In this document: positions 39,799-60,939 of the stretch, in pieces
Position numbering within the stretch: the stretch's first letter is position 1
Layout: the number at the start of each line of letters is the position of its first letter
DNA from: the human T2T-CHM13v2.0 reference genome, Homo sapiens
Length of the DNA stretch: 64,000 nt
Strand: one strand, 5' to 3'
NCBI RefSeq assembly: GCF_009914755.1
Contig: NC_060931.1
The notes under the pieces: model-generated
What the model was told of the DNA's origin: nothing
The model's database searches: none
Seen by the model: only the letters and a program-made list of their open reading frames with translations
Translations under genes and position numbers: made by a program

Positions 39799-41034
39799 GG
39801 TCTTTAATAAGTTATGTAATGGCCTTGGATGAGTGAGGTTTAGGAGAAATACAGTAAAGGAGCTGACTCTCTGGGTAGATTAAGGATAGGGAGAAGGGGG
39901 CATTTAAAATATGAAAGATGGGAGGGAGAAAGAGCCAGGATTCAGTGGAAGCGGAAAATCAGAATGTGAGGAGACCCAGGGAAATATCTGACTTACAAGA
40001 ATCCTCATTGAGATTGGGAAGTTGGCTGGGGTCCCATTTTACAAGAAATGAGGGTTTTATTTGCATTTTATTATTTAGGGCTCTAGCTGACAACCCAGTT
40101 ACATGACGATGTCAAAGGGCAGAGGTTACATCATTCCAGCCAAATACCACATCCTGTGGCCACTGCCCCTTAGGACATAGTTCTCACCTGGGGCCTGGTC
40201 AGAGAGGACCAAGGTCATTGGCCTTTTGCTTCTTAGTTAGCAGTTTTAAAGTAAATGGCGATTTAGGGAAAGGGAGAGGTGGCAGATGACAAGAAGGGAG
40301 AGCATTTGTGGTTTCAATTTTACCGCCCATAGTGCTAGGCACTGGAGGTACAGTGAGGAGCACACTCCTGACTCTTCTATTCCCGGAGCTGATGGTGCAG
40401 CAGGACTGCAGACATGAAATCAGTAAGACTAGTGCCTGTTGAAATAAGGGAGAGGAAGAGAATATGGATGTGAATTACAAGTAATTTCTGCTAGGGGACT
40501 TCCCGGGAAGTGAGGGTCAAGATGAGATTTGAAAGCTGAATAGGGAAATGTTGCCCCAACACACAAGACCTCAGTCCTGGCAAAGCAAGCCCCAATGCCC
40601 CAATCAATGAGCTTCAGTCAGGCTATTGACTTGGCACCAACTTGTGTGCAGTGGCCAAGCTGGATGCTGTCCTGAATTATATCAGTGTGACAAGGCAACG
40701 TCTCCTTTAGTGTGACCTTAACAGTGGATTTGTCCCTCTTTATCAGAGTAGGCTCCCTGTGTTCCCAAACTCAGGAAACTCCAGGCATTGGCAGCCCACT
40801 TGCACATTCTACATCAGATCCTGCCTCACTGGGAGTTGTGGCAGAGGATGGCCAGACAGACACCATGGACAGACACCATGGAGAGGGGCAATGAACAAAC
40901 CTTCATCTTCTATACATAACATGAATTCTGCTTTCTCTTCTGTGCCTGTGTACAGACACTCAGCCAGGAATCCCACCACCAGGAGCATTTTCATCCACTT
41001 CTCTAAAGGAGTCCAGTGCCTTGCTGCATAACAG

Positions 41035-41490
41035 TGTGTGATAGACTATACACAGTTGCCCAGTGGGTCCAGCCTCCCTGCACTCTCCTCCCTGTGTGAT
41101 CCCTCCCTACATTCACTCCAGGCTTAGTCATGTGATTTGTGAGAGTGAGGCAAGCAGAGGGTTGATAAGCAGTCGTTCATTTCTCCTGGAATATTACCTC
41201 CCGGAACTCAGCTGCCATGCTATAGGGAAGTATTGACTCTCCTTTTGTGAACTGAGAGGCCACAGGAAGAAAAACTGAGGCACCCCAGCCCTCAATCAGC
41301 ACCAGGGCCTCAGAGTGTGAGAGAATCATCTGGGACCTTGCAACCCAGCCCAGTCCCCAGCCGGATGTACCCTCCTGGAGTGAGCCCAGCAGAGACCACA
41401 AGGAGCAGAGCAACCACCTAGCTGAGCCCAGCCACCCACAGGACATGAGAGAGGATACACTGAGATTGTTTTAGGATTATACATAGTGGG
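41035..41490 (+). mobile_element. Old MLT1 (G/H-like) LTR
   Basis: agtcatgtgatttg...gagtgagcccagc...gctgagcccagcc...gattgttttag. Confidence 0.65.
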
Positions 41491-41829
41491 GTGGCTGTCT
41501 CAGAGCGGTATTCATCACACAGGTGTGGCCCTCAGGCCTTGTTTCCCAGCAGCAAGAGCCATTGTCATAGCTCCAGGGAAGCCTCTTTACAGCCACTGAC
41601 AGTTGTCCCACTCTCGGGATGCTCTTTCAGGCTTTGGTTTCCATTGAGGATATTGTTTTTCTTATCATTTTTCAGGTGGGTCACAAGAGTGTTTTGAAGG
41701 GTTCAGGGCCCACCCTTCGGAAAGTTGTAGATGATTGTCTTGTGACAGCTGCAGTCATAGAGCAGGGTTTTTTTAACTATTGTATTTAAATATAGTAAAT
41801 TGGCATATATATTTGTGTGTGTGTTGATC

Positions 41830-43891
41830 GTGTTTGTTTATTTCTATAGAACCATCTCCTCTTCCTAATAAACACAGAAGACAAGACAGAGAGGAGCACA
41901 GGAAGGAAGAAGAGCCCCTGGAGAAGCAGTCCAGTCTCTGCAGTTTCCCCAGCTGGGGCAGATGGGCTGCCCTCCTTATTCCCCAGGTGGCCCCTGGCCA
42001 ACCTTTCAAGTCAGCACTTATATTAAGGACAATGCTTTTGAAGGCCAGGGAGGTATGGGATTTTCTCCTGATCTGATCCCACTGAGCGAAGCCTGGCAGC
42101 TTGCACACCTGCGTCCTCCACTGCATGAGATCCTCTCAGCCAGGCGGGCCATGCACAGCAGTGTGTGTTTTCTGCTCACTCCTACCCACAGCTGTTTGCC
42201 TCCAGCATGGCCCATTTCCTGCCCCATCTCCTTGGGCTCCCTGGAGCTCAGGACCTCCTTGCCTCATGGCAAGTGCCAGGAGCTAGCTTGACCTCCCACA
42301 TTCTTTCCTGTGCTCAACCTTGCCCTGCTGCCCACCACCTGAGGTTTCGCTATCTGCACTCTGCTTTCAGCCTCAGGCTGGTTCTTTCTGGCTAACCTGA
42401 AACACAGGTGCCTGCAGAGGAAGTTGAAGAACCTCCCCGTGGTCCCCTGCCAGCACTGGCTGTTTCCATAGGGAAAGGCTGGGTCATACCTTGGGCAAAT
42501 TCTACTGATCCTGCACCTGTCCAAGGTGCCCAGTGTGCACTTAGTTTTCTCTATAGGAGACGCCCTGGGGGAAGTTGGTTCCACCTGGGGCTCCACCACT
42601 GTTGCTGGGGTGTGGGTGAAGGGGGAGGCCACAGGGCCTCACTGGGGGGCTGTGCAGGGGGAGTGGTCCTCTCTCCAGGCCAGGTAGGGGACTAGCAGGC
42701 ACGTTAGCTGTGCTGCTGGCTTCTGCCCTGACTCCAGGTCCTCCTCAGGCCTCTGATTTCTGTGTTGTTCTTCGACTATTCTCAGAGTATGAAGTAAAGG
42801 TAGGAATGGCAGGCTCACTGCATCTCTGCTGTTTTGGGTTGGCAGGGATGATACACTGTACCTTGTGGATGGGGAAGGAGGGCAGCTTGGTAGCGGGATC
42901 AGTTGCAGGCATTAGTTTCAGGGGTATGATCCAAGCCTCCAGCTTGGATCTCTTGTAGCCTGGGAGAAGATAGGTGGCCAACACTTCATTGTCCTGCAAC
43001 TAGTCCTGGATCCCTTCCCACATACGACCCATGGACACCATCAGTTCTGCCTGCCCAGGTCTTTGTAGTCAGAGAATGACTCGACGCAAAGCTTTAGTTT
43101 CTCCCCATAGGAGGGCCTCTCTTGCTGGATTGAGCATGAGGATTCACTTGAACAGGTTTTCGCACTCCATGGACAGGTAGAAACAAATACCAAATGTTCC
43201 TCTCAGCTCTCACTACTCCCGCAGCTCCTTAGGGTTCTGTCCATCAAAGGGCTGGGATGTGATCACTAGATATACAGGAAGCCTCCAGGCTGTACACCTC
43301 TACCCTGGGGCCACCTTACTTTGGCCCTGGAAGAGTTCTGGATGGCATGAGGGGCACTACCACAGAAGGTACCCAGCTTGTTGCCAAAGAAGCCCAAGCC
43401 TGCAGTCTCGATGTTCACGTCAGCATCCAAAAGCAACTATTCTGCCTTCAGGTCCCTATGGGCAATACTACACTTCTGGCAGCAATACTATCACATAGCA
43501 CAGCCCACACTATCTGGTGGAAATTGCTTCAGGTTTTCTTCTTCTTCAGGCTGCCATGAGCCACTAGGTACTCAAATACCTCTCTCTCACTAGCCTGCTC
43601 CACGACTAGGTAAAGTGCTTCCTTGGTCTCGATCAACTCAAATAATTTCACAATGTTGGAATGATACAATACCTTCATGATGTCTTCATGAGATAGTCTC
43701 TGGAGGCTGGAGTTCCACACTTGTAAATGACCTTTGCAGCCACCTGTGTGCCAGTCGGGATGTACCAGGCCAACTTCACCTTGGCAAAGGTTCCCTTGGC
43801 AATGGTCTTGAGGAGCATGTAGCTGCCAATATGAGTCTCCTCCTTGGCAGAGATGCTATAAAGGGCCTACCAGTCTTTTGGACTTACTGCT
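41830..43891 (-). pseudogene. MARK2: Processed pseudogene of microtubule affinity-regulating kinase 2 (kinase, UBA, spacer, KA1 and part of the 3'UTR)
   Basis: Minus strand: [116 protein letters not shown]. These MARK2-specific spacer segments are collinear and intronless, with many stops and frameshifts; AATAAA at 41837-41842. Confidence 0.94.
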
Positions 43892-44019
43892 AACAATACT
43901 AATTACCAATATTAACTAATAATACTGATTAAATAAAGAAGAATGTGGAAAGAAATGAAAAAGAAAACAATGAGAAAAACAAAAAGGAATTAAGAAAAAG
44001 AAAAAAAAATTAAAAATGA

Positions 44020-44447
<428 letters not shown>

Positions 44448-44625
44448 TTAAAAAGCTAACTTTGGTGAAAATCCTTCAGGTCACCAAAAGCTACCTTCCT
44501 GAGCTAGGAAGGCCAAAAATTTAGGCCCAGCCAGGGACTTACATGGTACAGTACTTGGAAGTCTGTAACTGGTTCCTTACGAGGTCATAGCAAGAAATAG
44601 ACCTATCACAGCTAAGGATAATTCA

Positions 44626-44752
44626 CAGTGGTTTTCTCACTTTTTGGTCTCAAGAATGCTTTACTCTTAAAAAACAAAAAGAGGGAGAATTCAAAGAGCT
44701 TTTTGTTTATGTGGGTTGTAGTGAACAAATATTCACCTTCTTAGAAATTATA
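44626..44752 (+). mobile_element. MER119/Charlie-like hAT 5' fragment
   Basis: cagtggttttctcactttttggtctcaag...caaagagctttttgtttatgtgggtt. Confidence 0.6.
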
Positions 44753-46776
44753 ACATGTAGGATGCTTCAGTGGCTTTTTAATTTCTAGTTTGCAAAGCTG
44801 TAAAAAGCTTTTGGCTCATAAAAAGCTCAAAATATCTACACTTAAAATATTCCATTCCTTAAAACAAACAAACAAACAAAACCAACAGCTTCTGGCTGGT
44901 GTCCGGATAATGACAATACCAAGAGCACCAAGGCTGCGGGGTCCCACGGTGAGGAGCATGGATACAGCTAGAGAATGTCAGGGAAGAAAGACTTCTCAAG
45001 GAGGTTCCTGAGTCAGACCTGAAGGACTCATGGGGGTGGGCTGCACCTCCCATTTCTTGGACGTATACCCTTGGTCATGCCCTGTGCTGGACACTAAGTA
45101 TTCAGAGATGCATGAAGGCACCCTGCCTCTGTTGCAGAGCAGAAAGATTGTGGACAAAAATTCTAAATGCTGCCAAGGAGAGGAGACAGACCTCTGCCGG
45201 CTCAAGCTTCTCTGGGCCTCTGGGGAAGTCCCACAATCTTGGCTGTGCCTGCCCCTGCCCTCCCACCCCTACCCCAACTCCATCCCTGCTTGGTTACCTT
45301 GATCTGTATCACTTGTGGCCCCAACATGCCTGGGGTGAATATCCAGGTGCTCCCCACCCAAGCTGAGTAAGTGGACTAGTTACGATTTTTTTTACTGGGC
45401 AGAAGGGGCTCATTTATGATTCATTCGCTGGCCCCAGAGATTGAAATCTTGGGTACCTAAACTCTCTTTCATTCCCACTCAGGCACCAGGTCTCTTGCAT
45501 GGAACAGGCCATCTTAGGTTCCATGTGCCAGGGCTGGTCTCAGTTCCCCATCCCACCAGGGCTCACACACAGCCCTGCAGGTAGGGTCCCCAGATCAGCT
45601 TGCATGACGTTGAAATGCAAGGCGAGAGGTCTTGTTGGTGACCTATCACTTTCACTGAGAAATGGACATGGAGAGAACCAGAGTGAGTAAGGGTGTATGA
45701 TGTGCACTGCAATGGGGGACAAAGCAGACTCCTGCCTTCGTGGAAGTCACAATCTAGTGGAGGAGGGATGTTACTAGAAATAGACAAAGTGCTGGAAGGA
45801 CAAATAGCAGGGACTTGCTGTAGTCGGGCAAGGAGGTTAGGAAGCCATTACTTGGAAAGTATGGTTTCAAGTCAGAGTTAAGGAAAATTAGGAGTCAGGA
45901 ATATAAAGGAGGTGAAGTGATGATTGGAGGAAAAATAAATCGTCCTTTATCCAGACGTTACCCCATGCTAAGCAGTGGCTGAGCCTTTCCCAGTATCACC
46001 CAAGGTAGGATAGTGGGTGAATAAGACATGTGAACTCTCCAGTAACACTAGTAGATTTTGAATCCTGCCTCTGCCATTTGCTGGCTGTGTGGCCTTGGGC
46101 AATTTACATGTCACTCCATTGCTTCTGATAGCAAAGGGGATGATGAGATAAACTGATAAGGTTTAATGTGTTTGGCTGCTGTATGGAGATTGGATTAGAG
46201 CAAGAGTGTAAGGGAGAGAAAGATATATCAGTGTTTCAGGCGAGAGTCAAGGTGGCTTGAGCCAGGTGTGATACTGGAAGTAGGGAGAAGTGGAAAGTGA
46301 TGATAATTCACTGGATTTGGTTGGTGAGGGTGTGGTCAAGGGTGACCCCCAGGTTTCTGGCTTTTGTTATTATAAGTAACACAGAAGAAGAATGGATGAA
46401 TCATTAATTCATTTTCTATTTATTGTGATATCTATGATCCTGCAAAAATATTTCCTATATATTCAATTTAAAGAATAGTAATAAAAATACTTATTTACTC
46501 CTTAGATCAGTTGAGAAAAAGAATTTACTAATATAGTTAAAGCCTTCGAGTGTCCCGTCTTCTCCCCAGAGGCACTCTCTATCCTGAAATTTGTTAATCT
46601 TGCCTTGGCTATTTGTTGTTTTTACTATATATGTATCTATTCCTAAATAATATAGTGATTGGTTTTGTGTGCTTTTGAACTTTATGTTTATTCTGTTAGG
46701 GGTTCATTGAACTTTTTCGATCCAAAAGTTTATAGTCTTAATATAATTTGGAAAAATTAATTTAAAAAATCAACTC

Positions 46777-47078
<302 letters not shown>

Positions 47079-47139
47079 CAACTCTGAATGACTGGTCTCA
47101 AAATGATACCAAAACTTAACTGGCACCATGATACTATAG

Positions 47140-48480
47140 AGAAACATTTATCCATTCACCCATTGAAAGACATCTTGTTTGCTTCCAAGTTTTGGCAATT
47201 AGGGATAAAGCTGCAATAAACATCTATGGTATATTTTTGTATGGATATAAGTTTTTAACTCATTTGGGAAAACATCAAGGCGCACGATTGCTGAATCATA
47301 CGGTAAGAAAGAGTACGTTTAGTTTTGTACAAAACTGTCAAACTGTCTTTCAAAGTAGCTGTACCATTTTGCATTCCCACCAGTAATGAAGGAGAGTTCC
47401 TGTTGCTCCTCATCCTTACCAGAACTTGCTATCATCAGTGTTCTGGATTTTGGCCATTCTAATAGGTGTGTAGAGGTACCTCATTGTTCTTTTAATTTGT
47501 ATTTTCCTGATGACATGTGATGTCGAGCATCTTTACATGTGCTTACTTGCCATCTGTATTAGTCCAGTCTCACATTGTTGTAAAGAAATACCTGAGACTG
47601 GGTAATTTATAAAGAAAAGAGGTTAAATTGGCTCATGGTTGTACAGGCTGTACAGGAAGCATGATGCTGGCATCTGCTTGGCTTCTCTCAATAAAATTTG
47701 GGAAAATTAAAAAAGCAACAGCTCTGAATGATTGGTCTCAAAATGATATCATAGCCTAAATGGCATCAAGATACTATATAAAAATGTTTATCCATTCACC
47801 TATTGAAGGACATCTTGGTTGCTTCCAATTTTTGGCAATTACGAATAAAGCTGCAATAAACATCTATGTATATGTTTTTGTATGCATATAGTTTTCAACT
47901 CATTTGGGTAAATATCAAGGCACATGATTGCTGAATTATATGTTAAGAAACAGTTTGTTCTGGGGAGGCCTCAGGAAACTTAGAATCATGGTGGAAGGCA
48001 AAGGGGGCACAGGCACATCCCACGGCTAGAGCAGGAGCAAGAGAGAAAAAGGGGAAGGTGCTACACACTTTTAAACAACCAGAGCTCCTGAGAACTCACT
48101 CACTGTGGCGAGGACAGTACCAAGAGGATGCTCCTAAACCATCATGAGAAATTCACCCCCAGGATCCCATCACCTCCCACCAGGCCCTACATCCAACGTT
48201 GGGGATTACATTTCAACATGAGATTTGGGTAGAAACACATCCAAAGTGTATCACCACCTGTGTATTTTCTTTGGTGAGGTGTCTATTCAGATCTTTTGCC
48301 TATTTTTCAGTTGGGTTGCTTGTTTTTGTATTGTTGAAGTTTAAGAGTTCTCCATTTAGTTTGGATAGCTGTCCTTTATCAGACATGTTTTTTGCAAATA
48401 GTTTCTCACAATCTGTGATTTGCCTTCTCATTCGCTTAATGTCTTTTGCAGAGCAGGAGATTCTGATTTTGCTGAGATTT
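47140..48480 (-). mobile_element. L1MB/MC-type fragment split by an MST LTR
   Basis: tatccattcacc...caaagtagctgtaccattttgcattcccaccag...cttttgcagagcag. Confidence 0.82.
47555..48253 (-). mobile_element. MSTA-like solo LTR containing a ~270-bp local duplication
   Basis: tgtattagtcc...caggctgtacaggaagcatg...gtatca; TSD ccatc/ccacc. Confidence 0.88.
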
Positions 48481-48513
48481 TGACTGAGATTGCACTGAAC
48501 CTATAGATCAATT

Positions 48514-49014
48514 TGTGTTGACAGTGGATGACTGAGGAGCAGTCCTCCAGGCATCAGTGGAGCACAGGCTGGGAGATAGTCTGGCATCAGAAGGGAGTTG
48601 CAAAGGCTGGCGGCCTGCCAGGCTAGGAGGGATGGCTGATTCATATTGGAATCTGTACTCTCTCCTCTCCCACCCACTCTGTAGGCCTGAGTCATAAAGA
48701 AACCTTGCGGTGCCTTCCCCTGTGCACCCTTGGTATAGCTGTGAACACTTCCCTCTGCACAGACACATTGACACATGGGGCTTATCACAAGGGACACCCA
48801 GAGAGGCTTCCTTGGAGGTGCCCTTGCATGACTTACAGAGTGGCATCCCAGGGGAAAGTAGCTAGGGCTCCTCCCCTGGTCAATCAGACTATCTGGTCCT
48901 TTCTGCTCTGAAGGCAGAGACCTCATTTTAGGGCTATAAACCCAGGCAGGACAAAAATAAAATACACATTCCAAAGACTCATGTCATCCTCCCCAGAGCT
49001 GGGGAACCACAGCA
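48514..49014 (+). mobile_element. Probable ancient ERV solo LTR, family unassigned
   Basis: TG...CA ends, ~500 bp, TATAAA-like and AATAAA motifs near the 3' end; no confident consensus match. Confidence 0.4.
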
Positions 49015-51745
49015 TGGGTGGTAGTCTAGAGGCTGTCCCTCAGATGCTTGGCCTTCCATAGGCAGTTTTGCAACTGTCAAATCCTCCCCGACATCTGCCC
49101 CTCTGCTGTGTGTGCTCTCCAGGGGCCCAGGGTGCCGGTTCCCTCTAGCCTCCTTCTACCAGATGAAGCTTCTGCACATGTTCTTCCAAACTCAAATTTC
49201 TTGTGGGTAAAATTAGATCAGAGAGCTGGTGTTGCCGGGAAGCTGCCTCGAAAGTGGGTGGCTGCGGGCCATTAGCGGTAAAGATAAGTTAAAATAACTC
49301 TAATAAAAATGATGTTGAATGTGGGAAGCTGAAGCCCTTTTTTTGCCCATTATCCTGAGAACTGGTTGTCTTTCTGTTATTCTAGTTGTTTTGGGCCTCA
49401 AAATTACATCTGTATTTAAACCAAAGTTTTTATTTTTCCACCCAGATAAAGCCAGCTCTTCTCCTGCTGCTCCGGATAAGTGATTCCTCATCCTGTGTGC
49501 CTCAGCTCCTGCCACCACCTCCAAGAAGCCCTCCCTGATCCCCTCACAGAGTTAGCTCTGCACATCCTCTTGCTCCCTGTCTGCCTCACACCAGCTTCTC
49601 TGTCACAGTCGGGTCACAGTTGCTCCCTGGGTCTCCTGCCCCACTGGACTGCGAGCCCCTCCTCAGCAGTCACAGGACATATTGATCTTTGCATTCCACA
49701 GAAGGTGCACCTAGGAAGTATGAGTCAGAGGAGTGAGTTGGTGCTTTAAAAACCAAAGGCTAAAATGCAAGTGCTGTTCCATAAAAACCCCAACCGTTGG
49801 CAAGGGAAGTGACAGGACAGGACAGGGAAAGCAAGGCTTTGGAAGCAGGAACATTTTACTTCTCCTGACACCAAGAATAACCAAGACATGATTCTCAGCC
49901 TGAGTGTCCTCATCTGTGAAATGGGGTCAGTGATAGCAATCTTCCCAGGTCATTTGAGATTCAGGGCACAGACCAGTTCCTCAGAAATGTTAGTTTCTTT
50001 TCCTTCCCTAGTTAATAAAAACACTACTATGTTGGCAAGAAAGCCTGGGGCTTAGTCCTGGCTCTGTCACTAACAGTTGTGTGACTTCGGGAAACTACTT
50101 TACCCACTGGGTGCCTGCTTTATTTCCTGTCAACAGGAAGTACTGATTGGTCTGTAGATCAGATTTTTTATAATGCTGATGATTAAAATTTTGAAATGAA
50201 GTGTTTCCTAAGAGTTTCAGTCTTAGGAATGGAAACAGAGCCTAGAAAGAAGGTTGTCCACTTTTCATGGATGATGTTGGGGGCTGAGGCTTCAGTGTCA
50301 CTGTCCTGTTGGGAGTGGCCGGAATCGCTCAGCATTTCACAGGCTTCTCCTCTATTGGTGGAAGAGCAGACGGGAGAGGTTGGTAGAGCGCTGGGGTATT
50401 CTAATGACAGATTCAGAGGGGACTGAGCCAGGGAGCCCAGAGCAGAAGACTGTTGAAGGGAAATTAGGAGAGAGAATTAGGCAGGTATTCTCCAGTGGTC
50501 ACGTTATTTTTAGATCTCCAAATGATGGAGCTGGAATGGGCCATTTGAGGCCTGCTGGTTTGATCCTCCCTGGTTACAGAGGAGGAAACAGTGGTTCAGA
50601 AGGTCTAAGTGACTTGCCAGGTCTCCCCTTCCTGAGCTCTATGACTCTGCTTCTATTTCAGCTGGTCTTGACTCCAAGGGAATCTCTTGTGTGTATTTTG
50701 GCCCTAACAAATACCAGGACTGGTTTTCTTTAAAAAGCTTTATTCATGGGCACTGTTCGTCTCATGCAGTTTTAATAGAAAACTGTCTTTCTATTTTCCA
50801 GCACCATTAGTTGCTATGAGCATAAACTTTCATATTTAATGCAGCATGATTCACAGCGATGCTCCATTTAAAAATGGGAGAACCTCTCCTCTGGCAAAAA
50901 TTAGAAGAGAAAAACTAAATGGGAATAGGAAACAATCATTTCTAAAAATATGAATAAAAAGAAATATCGATTAGTCTTTCATTTACTTAAAAGCATAGCT
51001 GATTGGACCAAATATTGTTGAAATTCAATTTCTGCACTTTATTCTGAATATTTCAGACCTTTTCGCCCTCTACATAACCACTAGCTCTTCCAGAGCAATT
51101 CAGGGACTATGTGTATGGGGAAGGAGCTAGAAAAGTTGTGAGAAGAGAAAAGGCAACTGTCCATACAAGCCCGAGGATCTTTTTAGCCCCCTTCTTCTTT
51201 GGGGAACACTGAGATAAGAAGCCTGCTCCCCACTCCCAACCCACAGCTAGTGCTTCTCTGTTCACATTTGGTTAACTCATACCCGATTCATTCCTCAGGT
51301 GCATCAGGTATAAATACGAGAAGTTATCCCTGATGCCCCCATGCACAGTTAGCTCTGCACATCCTCCCACTCCCTATCTGCCCCACACCAGCTTCTCTGT
51401 CACAGTTGGGTCACAATTTGTCCCTGGATCTCCTGCCCCACTAGATGGTGAGCCCCTCCCCAGCAGCCATAGGACATATTCATCTATGCATTCCACAGAA
51501 TGGACCCTGGACTCACCATTCCCAGGCATCTGACACAGACACAGGTACCAATAGCACTCTCTCCAAGGAGAGCCTAGCCATGGGCAACGGAACAGGCTGA
51601 GGGACAGGGGCTTCCCAGGGCCCCCCTAAACATCACTGTGGAGCCTCCTGGTACCCACCTGGAATAACTGTGAGAGCCAACATCTGTGGAGTGGTAACCA
51701 TGTGATAGCCACTGTGATAAATGCACCACCACCCTAAGAGGATAG

Positions 51746-52089
<344 letters not shown>

Positions 52090-52249
52090 TGAGGTGCAGA
52101 GTGGCTAGGGAAGTTGGCCAAGGTCTTAGGGATATTAAAAGGGTGGTGTCAGGATAAGGACCGGGGCTGTCTGGCTTCAGAGTCCACGCTTGTAACCACT
52201 ACTGAGACTGCATCAAAATGACACATGCAAACTGTCTGGTGCAATTATA

Positions 52250-52910
52250 GCTAGTGTTAGCAAAGCTATGGGGAAACCAGAACATCAAGTCACTGGAGGT
52301 GGGTGTGGAAGTTGGTATATCCATGTTGGAAAACTATCTGGCAGTTTCTTATAAAGTTAAACATACATATTGCCATGCAACCCAGCAATTTCACTTCTAG
52401 TTATACACCCAAGAGAAAGGCGTGCATATAGCTGCTGAAAGACACATACAAGTATGACCTCATGTTCATAGCACTATTTCAAAAGCCAAACCCTGGGAAC
52501 CAATCCAAAATCCACCAACAGAGAATGGAGAAGTAAAGCGTGGTATAGTTATGCAGCAGAATATTGCACAATGGTGACAATGAACAAACTACACAAGCAA
52601 TAAGGATGAATTTCAGTGTTGAGAGAAAAAGAAGCCAGACACCAAAAGTGCATTTTGCATGTCCATTTATATAAACTTTAAAACACTCGAAGCCAATCCA
52701 TGTTGTTGGAGGTCAGAGTGGTGGGTGTCCTTGGGATTAGTTCCTAGAAGGGGGCACATGGGAGATTTTTGGGAGTGCTAGTAATATCTTGCTTTTTGAT
52801 CTAGGTACTGTATACAGGTATGCTGCTTTTATGAAAATTCATCAAGCTATTCCCTTATGAACTGTATGCTTTTATGCATCTATGGTTTGATTGAATAAAA
52901 AGTTTACTTT
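52250..52910 (+). mobile_element. L1ME-type 3' end
   Basis: ttggaaaactatctggcagtttcttataaagttaaacatac...gaagccagacaccaaaag...aataaaaagt. Confidence 0.8.
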
Positions 52911-52927
52911 AAAAATAAAATGTCAAG

Positions 52928-59140
<6,213 letters not shown>

Positions 59141-59603
59141 AATGTCTAGTACAGTGCCTGCCAATATAAAGGATTCAACCATGTGAGTTCGCTGCCTCCT
59201 ATCCCTCCTCTTTGCCTGCTTGCAGGTATCTGGATGCACCTTGCTATTTCCTCTTATCCAGGCACTGGCTTTCGGATAATGTCACAGGTTCCAGGGCCAG
59301 GGGATTACTGGGTCCCTGTGAGGTGCCCAGAGTCTTAGAGCTGGGGGGCATAGGAGATATCTTGCCTGGGCCAGGCCAAGAGAACATTCATTCCTTCGTG
59401 TTCACAGGGGGTGGCCTCTTCAGGTGTCAGTGAGCAGGCTGTGGTGTGGTGGAAAGAGTTCTGAACCCAGGAAGCATGGCTCGAATTTAGGCTCTGCTGG
59501 ACACTTGTTCTGCCACTCCACTGGGCAAGTCACTGGGGACCATTCAGTCCCACTTGCTCATCACAAAATTCTTAATGGCCAATACAGGTAGAAATACCTG
59601 TAT

Positions 59604-59627
59604 TGTGTGTGTGTGTGTGTGTGTGTG
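59604..59627. repeat. (TG)n microsatellite
   Basis: Directly visible. Confidence 0.95.
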
Positions 59628-60504
59628 CTGCAAAGAGTGATGTCAACACAGGGCCTCATGAATAGTCATGAGGAGTTAGAGCACAGAGAAGGAAACCCAG
59701 CCCAGCTAGAATGGCCACAGCCATGCAAAGAACCCAGCAGCATTCACTTTCCCTCATCTCAGAGTTCCATGCTCCGTCCACTCACCCGATCTGCTTATTA
59801 AAGGCTCAGGCTTAACTTCTGGTGGTGTTCACGCCATGGTTTCTCCAACGCCTTGGCAGACAAGGCAGTAGCCTGCAGATGCTTCAGGGTCTGGATGTAG
59901 TGCAAGCCTCTTCATGAATGCCACTCCCTAGAACTCACTGGGTGTAAAAGTAGCACTGCCTGATTGGTTTCATCAGCAATAATGTCCCCTGGCTTTGTCA
60001 ATAGTCAGGGCTTTCACTTAGATGGGATCTCAGAAAATGTGGCTAAGTCTTTTGTTTCCAGAATCTCATCCACAGCACTCCCAACAGGCTCTCACCCTGC
60101 TTGTCACAGATTTTCATTGTGAAAATCTCCAGTGACAGTGAACTTACCACTTTCCACACAGCCCCCTCCACGGAGAGCTCTTGAAGAGAGCTGTTGGCCT
60201 CATCATATGAGATTTATAAATAGGCAGCTGTGGTACGAAACACAGAGGTTTAAGAACAGAGGGTGGAGCTCAGCCCCTGGTGGAAAATGACATCTGTGAC
60301 TCACTCAGAAGAGCAGGTCCCTCTCAGCCTTTCTGCCACATGGAGCTGGGATGCCCAGAAGGAGCTCTCCTGAGGATGCCTCACTGAGGTGGGGTGAGGT
60401 GAGGCCTGATGGAGGCACCAGCATGGCCCATGAGCTCTAGAAGAAGGCTGGGCTTTGGGTGGGCACCTGAGCCAGCCACACCAGGAAGGGAATACTGCCT
60501 AGTG

Positions 60505-60939
60505 CAGCTGTTCTCAAACCTTATGGTCTCGAGAGCCTGCTATACCACTGAAAACTACTTGAGGACCCTAGAGAACGTTCCTGGATTACATCTACCAACA
60601 TTACAAATTAAAACTAAACATATTCTTTAATATTTATTTGGTAATTTATTAAAAATAATGAAAATCAACACTTTTTGTTTTCTAAATTTAAAAAATTGAC
60701 TAAGCATCACTTTTACATTTTTGTAAATCTCCTGAATGTCTGGCTTTCTAGAAGATTGCATTCCATCTGTTACACTATCACACATCACCCAGCCTCTGGA
60801 AAACGCCACTGCAGGCTCATGAGAGAATGGGGGAGAAACAGGCTAATCATATCTTAATATTATTGTGAAAATAGTTTTGACTTTGTGGATCCCCTGGAAA
60901 GGCCTCGGGAATAGCCAGGCCAAACTTTGAGGACCTCTA
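60505..60939 (+). mobile_element. MER119-like hAT-Charlie element
   Basis: cagctgttctcaaacctt...aactttgaggacctct; perfect 8-bp TSD gcctagtg at 60497-60504 and 60940-60947. Confidence 0.8.

Noticed and set aside
43882-43890. GCA|GTAAGT as a splice donor just upstream of the kinase homology
   Set aside because: It corresponds to MARK2's own SSKSN codons (agcagtaagtccaa).
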